IMG/VR virus record: IMGVR_UViG_3300029319_000032
Span: 165 to 64,164 of that record
DNA length: 64,000 nt
Source: a virus
Lineage: Duplodnaviria > Caudoviricetes
Reading direction: 5' to 3' (one strand)
Shown piece after piece: positions 1-9,645 of the stretch; the first letter of the stretch is position 1, and each line of letters begins with the position of its first letter. A program made the translations under genes and the position numbers. The notes below the pieces were generated by a model. It did no database searches and was not told the origin of the DNA. It saw nothing but the letters and a program-made list of their open reading frames with translations.

Positions 1-2
1 TA

Positions 3-803
3 TGGCCTAGCTATTTTACAAAAGAAAAACTTATGGACATTAAAAGAAGGTTTACAGAAATGGGACTGGTTCATAAGTTTGCTCAAGAATATCTAAATGA
101 AGCTAGAGATTTAGAAAGTGCAAAATTTCATATTGACAGAATTAATTATTATAGAGGAAACCTAGTAGAAAGAAATGGTTTTAACTATATGATGGTAGAT
201 GAGTCTGCTATACCTGTAAATGTTTACATGGGAGTAGACTTAGCATATGAGGCAAATGCAAGAAGTGACTACCAAGTAATTATGGTTATTGCAATTGATA
301 GCGATAGAAATGTATATGTTGTTGACTACTATAGAGAACATTCTCCTTTATATGATATGCCTAAGACAATTGTTGATATGGCTAAGAAATACCACCCTGT
401 TAGAAGAGTAAATGTTGAAAAGGTTGGTGCTCAAGGATTAATAAAAGATTATGTAAACCAGCTTGTTGGTAAAGATAGAAAACTAGCACCAGGACTATCT
501 CAAGGTGTAAGACCTCCTGCTGGTATCAAAAAAGAAGATAGGTTAGAAGCATTGCTTTGCCCTATTGTCAATCGAAGAAAGATGTTTGTCAAGAAAGAAC
601 ACGCAAACTTAATAGATGAAATGTTTGAGTTTCCAAAAGGTAGAAACGATGACCTACTTGACGGACTTTGGTATGCTGTCACTACAGCAAAACCTCCTAA
701 AAGCTCTGCAATCGACGCAGATAAACTAGAAGACAAAATAACCAAAATAGAAGAAGGTAGGGCTAAAAGAGTCATAAACTGGGTTACTGGTCAAAAAATA
801 TAA
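3..803 (+). CDS. terL: Terminase large subunit, C-terminal nuclease part (copy A; 5'-truncated by window)
   Basis: Frame is open from position 3. RNase H-like motifs MGVDLA...SDYQVI and FPKGRNDDLLDGL; aligns with the C-terminal half of 44191..45756; lies upstream of the portal. Confidence 0.9.
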   Translation, partial: WPSYFTKEKLMDIKRRFTEMGLVHKFAQEYLNEARDLESAKFHIDRINYYRGNLVERNGFNYMMVDESAIPVNVYMGVDLAYEANARSDYQVIMVIAIDSDRNVYVVDYYREHSPLYDMPKTIVDMAKKYHPVRRVNVEKVGAQGLIKDYVNQLVGKDRKLAPGLSQGVRPPAGIKKEDRLEALLCPIVNRRKMFVKKEHANLIDEMFEFPKGRNDDLLDGLWYAVTTAKPPKSSAIDADKLEDKITKIEEGRAKRVINWVTGQKI

Positions 804-811
804 TTTTTTAC

Positions 812-841
812 TTGACTTTAATACATAAAATTCTTTATTTT
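812..841 (+). promoter_or_regulatory. Possible sigma70-type promoter for portal operon A
   Basis: TTGACT at 812-817 with a weak TATTTT -10 18 bp downstream, in the terL-portal gap. Confidence 0.35.
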
Positions 842-867
842 TAGACTAAAAACTAAATTGGGAGTTT

Positions 868-2871
868 ATGGCTAATTACGACGAAAACAAATCAAAGCCT
901 CAGATTTCAAAAGAATTGTTTAGACGTTGGAGAGACGCAAGAGAACAATGGGACGCTGAAGCAAGAAATGCAGTAGACTTTACTCTAGGAAATCATTATA
1001 GCACAGACGAATCAGATGCACTACAAGCAGTAGGGCAGGCTGATTTTGTAATAGATAGGGTATATGCTGCTGTTGACAAATTAAAATCATTGCTTACAGC
1101 AAGACCTGCAAGATTTTCTGTTATTGCAAGAGAAGACTCAGATAACAAACTAGCTAATGTTTGGAGAACAATACTTGAATATGTTTGGGATATATCTAAT
1201 GGAGATAGTACTTTCAAACAAGTTGTTCATGATTATGCTGTTACTGGACTGGGATATATGTATGTATATGTTGACCCTGAAGCAGATTATGGAAGAGGTG
1301 AAGTTAAGTATACGCACGTAGACCCTTTTAGAGTATATGTAGACCCAGCATCAAGAGATAGATTTTTTAACGATGCATCAGGAATGATATTGTCTACTTT
1401 TTTAACCAGGCAGCAAGTTTTAGACCTATATCCTCAAATGGAAGAATTTATTGATGATATAGAAGTTGGTGTTAATTCTTTATATGGAGAAGATTATCCA
1501 ACATCTAATTTAAAAAATAGTAATAATGTTTTAACTCCTGCTGAAGCAAAAGACTTAGATTATAATGTAAATCAAAAATATCAAATACTTGATAGATTTT
1601 ACAAAATAAAAGTTCCTTTTTATAGAATATTTAACACTTTAGATGGAAGTGAAAAAATTATAGACCCTGATACCTATAATATTATTATAGAAGATGAACA
1701 GACTATTGAAGCTGTACAAAGAGGTGCTATAGAGATAGAAGAAATTATGCAAACAAGAATTGCTCAATGCAGTAGCATTGGAGATACTTTACTTTATGAG
1801 CGTATTCTAAACACTGATATATATCCAATTGTTCCATTTACAAACATTTGGACTAATACTCCCTATCCAAAATCAGATGTGAACAAGGTTAAAGATTCAC
1901 AAAGACTTTTAAATAAGTTATTTTCTCTAACCTTGTCACACGCTCAATCTGCTGCTGGATTAAAACTTTTAATTCCAGAAGGTAGTGTTGATAGTGTTAG
2001 TCAGTTAGAAAAAGATTGGGCTAATCCAAATGCGGTTATTGAATATAATCCAGAGTTTGGTGAGCCACATTACCCACAACCAGCTCCACTTACTAGTGAG
2101 TTTTATTATTTAATTGATAGGGTAGAAAAATATATAGATTTAAATTTTGGTATACCTGAACTTTTACAAGGGTTTAAAGACCAAGCACCTGAATCTGTTA
2201 GAGGCACTATGCTTTTATCAGAAATGGGAGAATCAAGAGGTAAATCAAAGTTAAGAGATATTGAGGCAAGTTTATCAATGGTCGGTCAAGTTGTTTATAA
2301 TTTAGCAAAAGACCATTATAAGTTTGCAAAAACTTTTAGAATTGTACAACCAAATAACGATATTACTGAATTTTCAGTTAATATGAGAATGTACGATGAT
2401 AAGCGAAATGAATTGTTAACCATACAGAATGATATTCAACTTGGTCAACATGATATTCGCGTTATATCAGGTTCAACTTTGCCTAGCAACAAGGTATCTG
2501 AATACAACATGTATCTTGATGCGTATAAACTTGGACTGGTAGATGATGTCGAGGTTTTAAAGAAAACTGAAATCTTTGACAAAGAAGGTGTCCTTCAGAG
2601 AAAAGGGCGTATGGCACAAATGCAACAGTATATTACACAACTTGAAAATCAAGTGAAGAAACTAAGCGGAGACTTACAGACATCTGAACGTGAGATGGTA
2701 TCAGCCAGAAAACGTACAGAAGTTGAGAAGTTTAAATCTAACTTAAATGAGATTACTTCTTCTGCTAAAGTTAAAGAAAAAGAAAAGGTAATGCAACTGG
2801 GAAGTATTATTGACCAAATGCAAGCTTCTATGGAGGAAGAAGAAAATAACGAGCCTGGTTCAGAGTCTTAG
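868..2871 (+). CDS. Portal protein (P22-like podovirus portal), copy A
   Basis: 667 aa directly after terL; motifs VKDSQRLLNKLFS and SVRGTMLL; C-terminal coiled coil; paralogue at 46561. Confidence 0.85.
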   Translation: MANYDENKSKPQISKELFRRWRDAREQWDAEARNAVDFTLGNHYSTDESDALQAVGQADFVIDRVYAAVDKLKSLLTARPARFSVIAREDSDNKLANVWRTILEYVWDISNGDSTFKQVVHDYAVTGLGYMYVYVDPEADYGRGEVKYTHVDPFRVYVDPASRDRFFNDASGMILSTFLTRQQVLDLYPQMEEFIDDIEVGVNSLYGEDYPTSNLKNSNNVLTPAEAKDLDYNVNQKYQILDRFYKIKVPFYRIFNTLDGSEKIIDPDTYNIIIEDEQTIEAVQRGAIEIEEIMQTRIAQCSSIGDTLLYERILNTDIYPIVPFTNIWTNTPYPKSDVNKVKDSQRLLNKLFSLTLSHAQSAAGLKLLIPEGSVDSVSQLEKDWANPNAVIEYNPEFGEPHYPQPAPLTSEFYYLIDRVEKYIDLNFGIPELLQGFKDQAPESVRGTMLLSEMGESRGKSKLRDIEASLSMVGQVVYNLAKDHYKFAKTFRIVQPNNDITEFSVNMRMYDDKRNELLTIQNDIQLGQHDIRVISGSTLPSNKVSEYNMYLDAYKLGLVDDVEVLKKTEIFDKEGVLQRKGRMAQMQQYITQLENQVKKLSGDLQTSEREMVSARKRTEVEKFKSNLNEITSSAKVKEKEKVMQLGSIIDQMQASMEEEENNEPGSES

Positions 2872-2899
2872 GACTAAATCAGGGTTAGGAGAAAAAAAT

Positions 2900-3667
2900 A
2901 TGGCACAAGAACAAGAACAACAACAGGTTGAACAGCAAGACCCAATTGTCGAATCTTCAGTGGAACAAGAAGTTTCATTTCAAGAAGAGACCGTAGAAGA
3001 AGGTGTGGAAGCATCTGAATCTGTAGACTGGGAAGCAGAAGCTAAAAAGTTTCAATCAATGTATGACAAAAAGGTTGCAGAACACGAAAACTTAAAACAA
3101 GATAGTAGTGATTTACTTCAGTTAAGACAAGTCTTATCTGAAAAACCAGAATTAGTCAACGTCATTGAGAAAAGTCTTTCTGGAGAATCAGTTGAGGACA
3201 AAGGTACGGAGGGAAGTACAACCCCAGATAACTTTGACCCTTGGGACGCCTACTACAAGCCTGACTCAGAATCTTACAAATTTAGAGTAAGTCAAGAGAA
3301 AAAGCTTGTACATGAAACAGTAGATAACGAACTAGCTAAACTACAAGGTCAGATGGCGATGAATAATCTAAAAACAGAATTGGTAAGTAAGCACAACTTA
3401 GGTGCAGATGATGCTGAAAAGTTTTTACAATTTGCTACAACACCAAAAGCTAATCTTCCTATTGAAACACTTATTAAAGTGTGGAAAGAGAATGAAGGCA
3501 AAGGTGCAAAACAAAGTGAAAACTTAGAAACTGTCAGAAAAACAAAATCAATTCCTAAACCTGCTGGTGTACTTCAGGGTGGCGAACAGCCACAAAAGTC
3601 TGAAGCAGACCAAGTATGGGATAGAGTTATGAATGCTGGAAGAATCGGTAGAATAGCTAAAAACTAA
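2900..3667 (+). CDS. Capsid scaffolding protein, copy A
   Basis: Acidic, Q/E-rich helical protein between portal and MCP; SD AGGAG precedes ATG at 2900 (ORF-track start 2810 probably too early). Confidence 0.7.
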   Translation: MAQEQEQQQVEQQDPIVESSVEQEVSFQEETVEEGVEASESVDWEAEAKKFQSMYDKKVAEHENLKQDSSDLLQLRQVLSEKPELVNVIEKSLSGESVEDKGTEGSTTPDNFDPWDAYYKPDSESYKFRVSQEKKLVHETVDNELAKLQGQMAMNNLKTELVSKHNLGADDAEKFLQFATTPKANLPIETLIKVWKENEGKGAKQSENLETVRKTKSIPKPAGVLQGGEQPQKSEADQVWDRVMNAGRIGRIAKN

Positions 3668-3684
3668 CTTAGGAGTGAAATAAA

Positions 3685-5055
3685 ATGGCTTTTAATCAAG
3701 GACAATTAAAGGCATCACAAATAACCGCAGCTGCTACTAGCGCAGATTACGGACAGGCTCCAGACCAAAGAAAGCTGTATGATTTCTCTGATAGAGTTGC
3801 AGAACTTATGCCAGAGGAGTCACCTTTTTTCGTCTATCTAAGTCAAGTTGCTAAGGTAGCTACTGACGATAATATTTTCAGATATCTTGAAAATAGAACT
3901 GTCACTAACTACACTGCACGTAACTTCAGCTTAGCAGCAGCCGTAAACGGTGGAAGTGCTGTATCATCACCAAATCTATACGATTTTACAGTTGATGATG
4001 GAGCAGGTTCAGCTATTGGCTTCCTTACAAAAGGAATGGTCGTAGCTATTAAAACAGTCGATGGGACTGGCGGTTATGCACAAGCATTAGTTAGAGTTGA
4101 GTCTGCACCAAACGTACAATCAGCTAACACTACCTTCTCAGGTAGAGTTATTGAATTGTCTAATTCAAATGTATCAGGATACAATGTATTAGCTGACAAT
4201 GACGAATGTCAAATTGTTGGTACATCATTCGGAGAAGGAACAGGTTCACCTGACACTTTCTCAGATACTCTTGAAGATGACTTTGGTTATACTCAAATCT
4301 TTAAAACAGCTTGTGAGATGACAAACACAGCAATAGCTACAAGATACCGTGGCTATGCAAACGAGTTCGATAGAATTTGGGCTCAAAAATTACGTGAACA
4401 CAAAGTAGACATCGAAAGAGCTATGCTTTTCGGTCAAAAAGCTCGTGTTAACGGCGTACAATATACTGAAGGTCTAGTTGGACACATTGTTAAAAATGTT
4501 CAACCAGTAACTGACGATTCAGCATTTTCATATTCATCAGGTAACCCTTACTACAGAAGTGTAGCACAGAGTGAACTTACATATGATAGATTACTTGCTG
4601 ACTTAGAGGTTATTTTTGACCCAGCAAGAGGCGGTTCAAGTGAAAGACTTGTACTAGCTTCATTGCCAGTAATTACATTCTTCAACAAAATGGGCGACGG
4701 TGCTTTCATTGACGCTTCTGTTGGACATGCAAATGGACCATACAGAGTTAACATGAACAATGTAGCAGGTAGTTTTGGTCACCAGTTAATGGAAATCAAC
4801 ACTGTACATGGTTCTATGTTCTTAGTGAAAGAACCTCTATTCAGAGGAATTGCAAGTGGCTTCATGCTTATGGCTGATATGTCTAAATTGGCATACAGAC
4901 CATTAGTTGGTAACGGTTTAAATCGTGACACTCAAATTATGACAAACGTACAAAATGCGGATGAAGATTTGAGAAAAGACATGATTATGACTGAAGCTGG
5001 TCTTGAAATCTCATTACCTGAATGTCATGCTCTATACAACGTGGAGGGATTATAA
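3685..5055 (+). CDS. Major capsid protein (HK97 fold, SU10/DUF5309-like), copy A
   Basis: 456 aa after the scaffold; motifs PEESPFF, GYTQIFKT, EHKVDIERAMLFG and TEAGLE; strong SD. Confidence 0.85.
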   Translation: MAFNQGQLKASQITAAATSADYGQAPDQRKLYDFSDRVAELMPEESPFFVYLSQVAKVATDDNIFRYLENRTVTNYTARNFSLAAAVNGGSAVSSPNLYDFTVDDGAGSAIGFLTKGMVVAIKTVDGTGGYAQALVRVESAPNVQSANTTFSGRVIELSNSNVSGYNVLADNDECQIVGTSFGEGTGSPDTFSDTLEDDFGYTQIFKTACEMTNTAIATRYRGYANEFDRIWAQKLREHKVDIERAMLFGQKARVNGVQYTEGLVGHIVKNVQPVTDDSAFSYSSGNPYYRSVAQSELTYDRLLADLEVIFDPARGGSSERLVLASLPVITFFNKMGDGAFIDASVGHANGPYRVNMNNVAGSFGHQLMEINTVHGSMFLVKEPLFRGIASGFMLMADMSKLAYRPLVGNGLNRDTQIMTNVQNADEDLRKDMIMTEAGLEISLPECHALYNVEGL

Positions 5056-5056
5056 A

Positions 5057-5491
5057 ATGGCTAAAGGTGCATTATTAGAGAAAAACAGTGGTGCTGGTGG
5101 TTTACTGTCAAACGTAGAGCACATTACTGCTGCAAAAACAATAGTAGAATCAGACTCAGGTAAAGTTTTTATGGTTTCTTCTGAAGGAGGAGCATATACA
5201 ATTACTTTACCTACAGCTTCAACAGCACAAAACGGAGCTGTGTACAAATTTATTGTACATGAGGAAACACCTACTAATGATGTTACAATCGCTGCAGGAA
5301 GTGCAATCATTTCATTAGTAATGAAAGATGCTGGCGGAGACGCTGCTAATTCAACTGCTGGAACTCAGGTTTCTAATATTATTTTAGAAGCTGCTTCTCA
5401 AAGAGGAGACTTTGTAGAACTTCTGTTCTGGAATGGTGAGTACTACGCTAATGGATTAAGCGCAATCAATGACGGTATTACAACATCATAA
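5057..5491 (+). CDS. Putative capsid decoration/accessory protein, copy A
   Basis: Small beta-rich, Ala/Gly/Thr-rich protein starting 2 nt after the MCP stop (MAKGALLEK); paralogue at 50710. Confidence 0.5.
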   Translation: MAKGALLEKNSGAGGLLSNVEHITAAKTIVESDSGKVFMVSSEGGAYTITLPTASTAQNGAVYKFIVHEETPTNDVTIAAGSAIISLVMKDAGGDAANSTAGTQVSNIILEAASQRGDFVELLFWNGEYYANGLSAINDGITTS

Positions 5492-5498
5492 TAGTTAT

Positions 5499-5537
5499 TA
5501 GGTACTATGGAGTGGGCTAGTCCCACTCCGAAACCTA
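5499..5537 (+). other. Intergenic RNA stem-loop (copy A)
   Basis: Inner stem GGAGTGGG/CCCACTCC and outer stem TAGGT/ACCTA; an equivalent structure sits at 51193-51232. Confidence 0.6.
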
Positions 5538-5565
5538 TAAAGAATTTTAAATAATAGGAGAAAAA

Positions 5566-5763
5566 ATGGCAAATTATAATACAACTACAAAGATTATTAT
5601 TAATGACCTTAGTGTTAAATCAGACTCAACTGCTGGTTCATTAGCTAAAGAGATTAATGATTATATTCAAACTTTAGATGATAGCACTAATGCTATTGTA
5701 GATATTCAAGCAGTAAAGCTTGATGCTTCTAGAGTTGCTTACATAGTAGTAGCTAAAGGATAA
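5566..5763 (+). CDS. Small conserved virion-operon protein
   Basis: SD AGGAG; paralogue at 51261 shares IINDLSVK and AVKLDASRVAYI. Confidence 0.75.
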   Translation: MANYNTTTKIIINDLSVKSDSTAGSLAKEINDYIQTLDDSTNAIVDIQAVKLDASRVAYIVVAKG

Positions 5764-6017
5764 TGGCTAATTGTCAACACTGCGACAAGCCTAATCCAGA
5801 AGGTTACTTTAACTGTCCTTCATGCGGGCTAAGAGCAGCTCCTAGCAAATGGAATACTAATTTTGTTATAAGAGAAGGTAATCCTTTTGCAACAGCAATT
5901 AGAAAAGACCAGATTGACATTAACCATATGTCAATGGAAGATGGTATAAAAAAGATGCAAGAAAGCAAGAAAAACAGCAAACCCACACCACGTGGGAAGG
6001 GAATAAGGGTAATGTAA
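5763..6017 (+). CDS. Small zinc-ribbon protein
   Basis: CQHC...CPSCG; paralogue at 51455. Confidence 0.7.
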   Translation: MANCQHCDKPNPEGYFNCPSCGLRAAPSKWNTNFVIREGNPFATAIRKDQIDINHMSMEDGIKKMQESKKNSKPTPRGKGIRVM

Positions 6018-6061
6018 TGTACGGAAAAAAGAAGAAAAGAAAAAAAGGTAAGAGATACTAA
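6017..6061 (+). CDS. Lys-rich micro-ORF MYGKKKKRKKGKRY
   Basis: Overlapping stop/start (TAATG) on both sides; a Lys-rich ORF with YGKKKK occupies the same position in copy B (51727). Confidence 0.5.
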   Translation: MYGKKKKRKKGKRY

Positions 6062-6207
6062 TGAGAGTAAAAGCTCCCAAAGGTTATCATTTTATGAAAA
6101 AAGGCAAAGGCTATGTTTTGATGAAACATGGAGCTAAGTTTAAAAGACATAAAGGAGCTTCATTGTCTATGCCTATGAAAGTAGTAAAAACTCACGGAGG
6201 AAAGTAA
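6061..6207 (+). CDS. Small basic protein (48 aa, MRVKAPKGYHFMKK...)
   Basis: TAATG coupling at both ends; below the ORF-track cutoff. Confidence 0.6.
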   Translation: MRVKAPKGYHFMKKGKGYVLMKHGAKFKRHKGASLSMPMKVVKTHGGK

Positions 6208-6443
6208 TGCCAAGAAAAAAAGCAGTAAGAAAAAGTACTAAAAGAAAAGTAGCACCAAAAAAGAAACGAAGCACTGCTAAGAGAAAGACTACTAGAAAGA
6301 AAGGTAGTCCTACTCCTACAAACAAAGCTTTGTATGCTAGAGTAAAGGCAGCAGCAAAACGTAAGTTTGATGTATATCCTTCTGCGTATGCTAACGCTTG
6401 GCTAGTTAGAGAATATAAAAAACGTGGTGGTGGCTACAGATAA
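6207..6443 (+). CDS. Small K/R-rich protein (DUF5872-like)
   Basis: LYARVKAAAKRKFDVYPSAYANAWLVREYKKRGG, identical in copy B. Confidence 0.7.
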   Translation: MPRKKAVRKSTKRKVAPKKKRSTAKRKTTRKKGSPTPTNKALYARVKAAAKRKFDVYPSAYANAWLVREYKKRGGGYR

Positions 6444-6715
6444 TGGCATATCAAGGTGGACTTAGAAAGTGGTTTAGAGAAGACTGGGTTGATATTGGTT
6501 CTAAAAAAAAGAAAGGTAAATATCAGAAATGCGGTCGTAAGTCTGCTAAGGGTAGTAAAAGAAAATACCCTAAATGTGTTCCAGCTGCTAAAGCTAGAAC
6601 AATGAGTGCTTCACAAAAAAGAAGTGCAGTAAAAAGAAAAAGAGCAAGAGCTCAAGGAGTTGGAGGTAAACCAACTAACGTTAGAACATTTGCTAGAAGT
6701 AGAAGAAAGAAATGA
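6443..6715 (+). CDS. Small K/R-rich protein
   Basis: GLRKWFxExWVDIG...KYPKCVP; near-identical paralogue at 51946. Confidence 0.75.
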   Translation: MAYQGGLRKWFREDWVDIGSKKKKGKYQKCGRKSAKGSKRKYPKCVPAAKARTMSASQKRSAVKRKRARAQGVGGKPTNVRTFARSRRKK

Positions 6716-6861
6716 GAAGAAGACAAACATTTGGAATAAAGCAAGTTAGACATACTAACGGAAAGAAAAAAACAAGACAAGGTAATAGTGTAAACACTAA
6801 ATATGGCAACAAGAATAGTAAAAAATACTATGTTAAAAAGTATAGAGGACAAGGTAAGTAA
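6712..6861 (+). CDS. Small basic protein (49 aa, ending KKYRGQGK)
   Basis: QVRHTNGKKKTRQG...KKYRGQG conserved at 52227; coupled start and stop. Confidence 0.7.
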   Translation: MRRRQTFGIKQVRHTNGKKKTRQGNSVNTKYGNKNSKKYYVKKYRGQGK

Positions 6862-7298
6862 TGGATAATGACTTAACAGGATTATTTCGAAGGCTTTTTG
6901 GAGAAAAGAGAAAAAAAAGCATAGAGGAAATCTATGGAGATATGATGATAGGGCTTAGAAGAAGAACTAACTTAATAAAAAATAGAGACCCATATATAGG
7001 TAAAGTTTATAAAAAAAGACTTGAAAAATTATTTGACATGGTACAAGACGAGGTCGGATATGACCTACCAAACAATGATAATATTCTTTTGTCCAAAGAT
7101 GATTTAAGAATGGTAGCAAATAGAACAGGATTTCTTTCTCCTAAGAGAACACCAGAAGGAATTGAACCAAGATATGTAGATAAAACTAGAAAAATGCCTA
7201 CGTATTCAGGTATTGGGCAAACTGGTTCAATAAATGTTTTGAGCGATGAAGATATATTAGAGCTTCTTTTAAGACAACCTGAGATAAGAGGTAAGTAA
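6861..7298 (+). CDS. Hypothetical protein (copy A-specific)
   Basis: 145-aa ORF coupled to its neighbours; an unrelated ORF sits at the equivalent site in copy B. Confidence 0.6.
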   Translation: MDNDLTGLFRRLFGEKRKKSIEEIYGDMMIGLRRRTNLIKNRDPYIGKVYKKRLEKLFDMVQDEVGYDLPNNDNILLSKDDLRMVANRTGFLSPKRTPEGIEPRYVDKTRKMPTYSGIGQTGSINVLSDEDILELLLRQPEIRGK

Positions 7299-8533
7299 TG
7301 GCTGATTTTAAAACAAGAATAGATGATTTAACAGGCTTTGCAAGTACTGATGACACAGCATTAAATGACTGGTTGTCAGCTGGTGCTCGTTCTGTAATGA
7401 ATGTACTTCCTCTAAACAAACTAGAGAGAGTAGCAAGCAATGAAAACTTTACAAACAATATAGATGTAGAGGGAAAAAAGATTTTAGCGGTTGTTAGAAA
7501 AGATAACAATCACGCAAGTAAGATTTATACACCATGTAGAAAATTACCACCTTCAATGATGGGTAGAGTAAATGACACAAACTATATGGAAGCTGCGTCA
7601 GAAAGTGACCCAGCATATATTATACAAAATGATGTTTTGAATACATATCCAGGTAGTAATGCAAGCAATGATAGTAGAGTTGTATTTGTAAACTCTTCAA
7701 TAACTGTAGCACATGGAGATAGTGCAATAGCAAACTTTCCTGATGAAGCAGAAGAAGCAGTAGTTTTATATGGAGCAAGAAATGCACTAAACAGACTAAT
7801 GAACGGCATGAATGCAATTAGTGCCTTAACTGTTAGCGTAAGTGCACCTAGTGCTCCAAGTATATCAACAGTTAGCTATTCAGCTGCTACAAATGCTGAT
7901 GCTAGCGCTACTGCAGTAGGAGCTATAACTGTTGCTACTGTTGCTAAAGCAGATATATCTGGAGATGTTCCTAGCTATACTAAACCAACACAAACTTTTG
8001 ATATAGCACAGTTTGAAACATTTTTAGAAACAAACGAAGATGTAGAATTAGCACAATTACAATTAGGTAGATTAAATAACGAGTTGGCTGAATATCAAGC
8101 TGATATACAAAACGAACTTAATGAATTTAACAAAGAAAATCAAAGATATCAAGCTAATGTGCAGGCAGAAATTTCAAAACATAATTCTGATTTACAAAAA
8201 GCATTAAGACAGGCAGAAATAGATGCTGCAGATGCTAGACAAGAATCACAACAAGCAACACAAGTTGACTTGGCAAACAAAGCGGCTGACCAAGCATTAG
8301 CATTGCAAAATGCAGCACAAACTATGGCAGCAGCAATACAAAACAACGATGATATTCTTAACAAATTTTCTGCTGAAATATCAAAGTATGCTGCTCAGGT
8401 AAACGACGAAATTCAAGAATATAATTCTAATTTACAAAAAGATATAGCAAAATATAGCTGGTATGAAAAACAATATGCTGCAATAGATGCAAGATATAAA
8501 GAACAAATACAAACCCTTCAAGGAGTATTATAA
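7298..8533 (+). CDS. Virion structural protein (adaptor-like N-terminus plus coiled coil), copy A
   Basis: N-terminal ~170 aa nearly identical to 52656; C-terminal Q/A/E coiled coil; position in the structural operon. Confidence 0.5.
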   Translation: MADFKTRIDDLTGFASTDDTALNDWLSAGARSVMNVLPLNKLERVASNENFTNNIDVEGKKILAVVRKDNNHASKIYTPCRKLPPSMMGRVNDTNYMEAASESDPAYIIQNDVLNTYPGSNASNDSRVVFVNSSITVAHGDSAIANFPDEAEEAVVLYGARNALNRLMNGMNAISALTVSVSAPSAPSISTVSYSAATNADASATAVGAITVATVAKADISGDVPSYTKPTQTFDIAQFETFLETNEDVELAQLQLGRLNNELAEYQADIQNELNEFNKENQRYQANVQAEISKHNSDLQKALRQAEIDAADARQESQQATQVDLANKAADQALALQNAAQTMAAAIQNNDDILNKFSAEISKYAAQVNDEIQEYNSNLQKDIAKYSWYEKQYAAIDARYKEQIQTLQGVL

Positions 8534-8874
8534 TGGCTGCGATAGAATTTACAGCAAAAGAAATTTATAGTAGAGTACTGCAAGCAGTTCCTGGTATATC
8601 AGAGAACTATGTACTAAACTTAATTAATGAAGCATTAATTGATATGGGTAGATACACCAATCAAATAGAAAATGCAAAAACAAACTTAGTGCATGACCAA
8701 CTATGGTATGCATTAGATGACGATGAATCAATAACTGTTAACAAGTTATTTAGATGTACAATACTTAATTCAGATGGAGAATATATAAAGATTCCTAGAT
8801 TAACAAATGGAGAGATAAAACAATTCTACAGTGAAACAAGTACAGCAGCTAATACAAACTGGACGGAGATATAA
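8533..8874 (+). CDS. Putative head-tail adaptor/tail protein, copy A
   Basis: LNLINEALIDMG motif; paralogue at 54143. Confidence 0.5.
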   Translation: MAAIEFTAKEIYSRVLQAVPGISENYVLNLINEALIDMGRYTNQIENAKTNLVHDQLWYALDDDESITVNKLFRCTILNSDGEYIKIPRLTNGEIKQFYSETSTAANTNWTEI

Positions 8875-9326
8875 TGGCTTTTGTAAGTAGCACATATAAA
8901 GACCCTAGTAAAACTTTTGTATGGTGGGTAGAAGGTGATAGACTAGCTATTGCTACCACAGAAGGAGATGGAAGTACAACAGAAACAGATAAAGGTAGAC
9001 TAAAAGCAGTACAGCTTGGTTCTACTGGAGACCAGATGATTGACGGTCTTGTTGTTTCTTATTATGCAGAACCAGATAAACTTACAAGCATTACTGGTAC
9101 AATAGATATAGATAATGTTTTACAACCAGCATTAATAGATTATGTAAAATCAAAAGCTTTGATGGACGCAGCTTCTAGAGCAACAGACCCAGGTCTTGCT
9201 CAAATTAGAATGGCGTCTGCACAACAATGTATGGCTAGTTATAAAGAAGCTGTACGCAGATACGGTATGAAGAAAAACGATAAAGTCGGCGGGACTAGAG
9301 CTGTAGTTCCAGCAGATATGAGATAA
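8874..9326 (+). CDS. Putative adaptor/tail tubular protein, copy A
   Basis: YYAEP...LIDYVK motif; paralogue at 54480. Confidence 0.45.
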   Translation: MAFVSSTYKDPSKTFVWWVEGDRLAIATTEGDGSTTETDKGRLKAVQLGSTGDQMIDGLVVSYYAEPDKLTSITGTIDIDNVLQPALIDYVKSKALMDAASRATDPGLAQIRMASAQQCMASYKEAVRRYGMKKNDKVGGTRAVVPADMR

Positions 9327-9336
9327 AGGGGCAATA

Positions 9337-9633
9337 ATGGAAGTAGGAAAAGACACTAAATTTACATTATCTTTAGAGACAGGTATTAGTATCGTAGTCA
9401 CTATAGGTATGATTATTGGTATGTGGTATTCTTTACAAGCAGAAATAGAACTTGCAAAAGAACTGCCAGAACCAGAGGTTTCACGTATGGAATATGATTT
9501 AAAAGACCAAATGATTCGTGATTCAATATTAAACACAGAGGGTAAAGTAGATAAGCTTGAAGAAAAAGTAGATGATATTAAAGAAGATACTAGAGCTATC
9601 ACTGAGACTCTTATAGACATGAATAACAAATAA
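9337..9633 (+). CDS. Membrane-anchored coiled-coil protein (holin/lysis-associated candidate), copy A
   Basis: One N-terminal TM helix followed by a coiled coil; paralogue at 54940. Confidence 0.5.
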   Translation: MEVGKDTKFTLSLETGISIVVTIGMIIGMWYSLQAEIELAKELPEPEVSRMEYDLKDQMIRDSILNTEGKVDKLEEKVDDIKEDTRAITETLIDMNNK

Positions 9634-9645
9634 TGAGGTTTACAG

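Noticed and set aside
5499-5537. Second hammerhead ribozyme
   Set aside because: Has a stem followed by GAAA but lacks the CUGANGA core and the three-stem topology.
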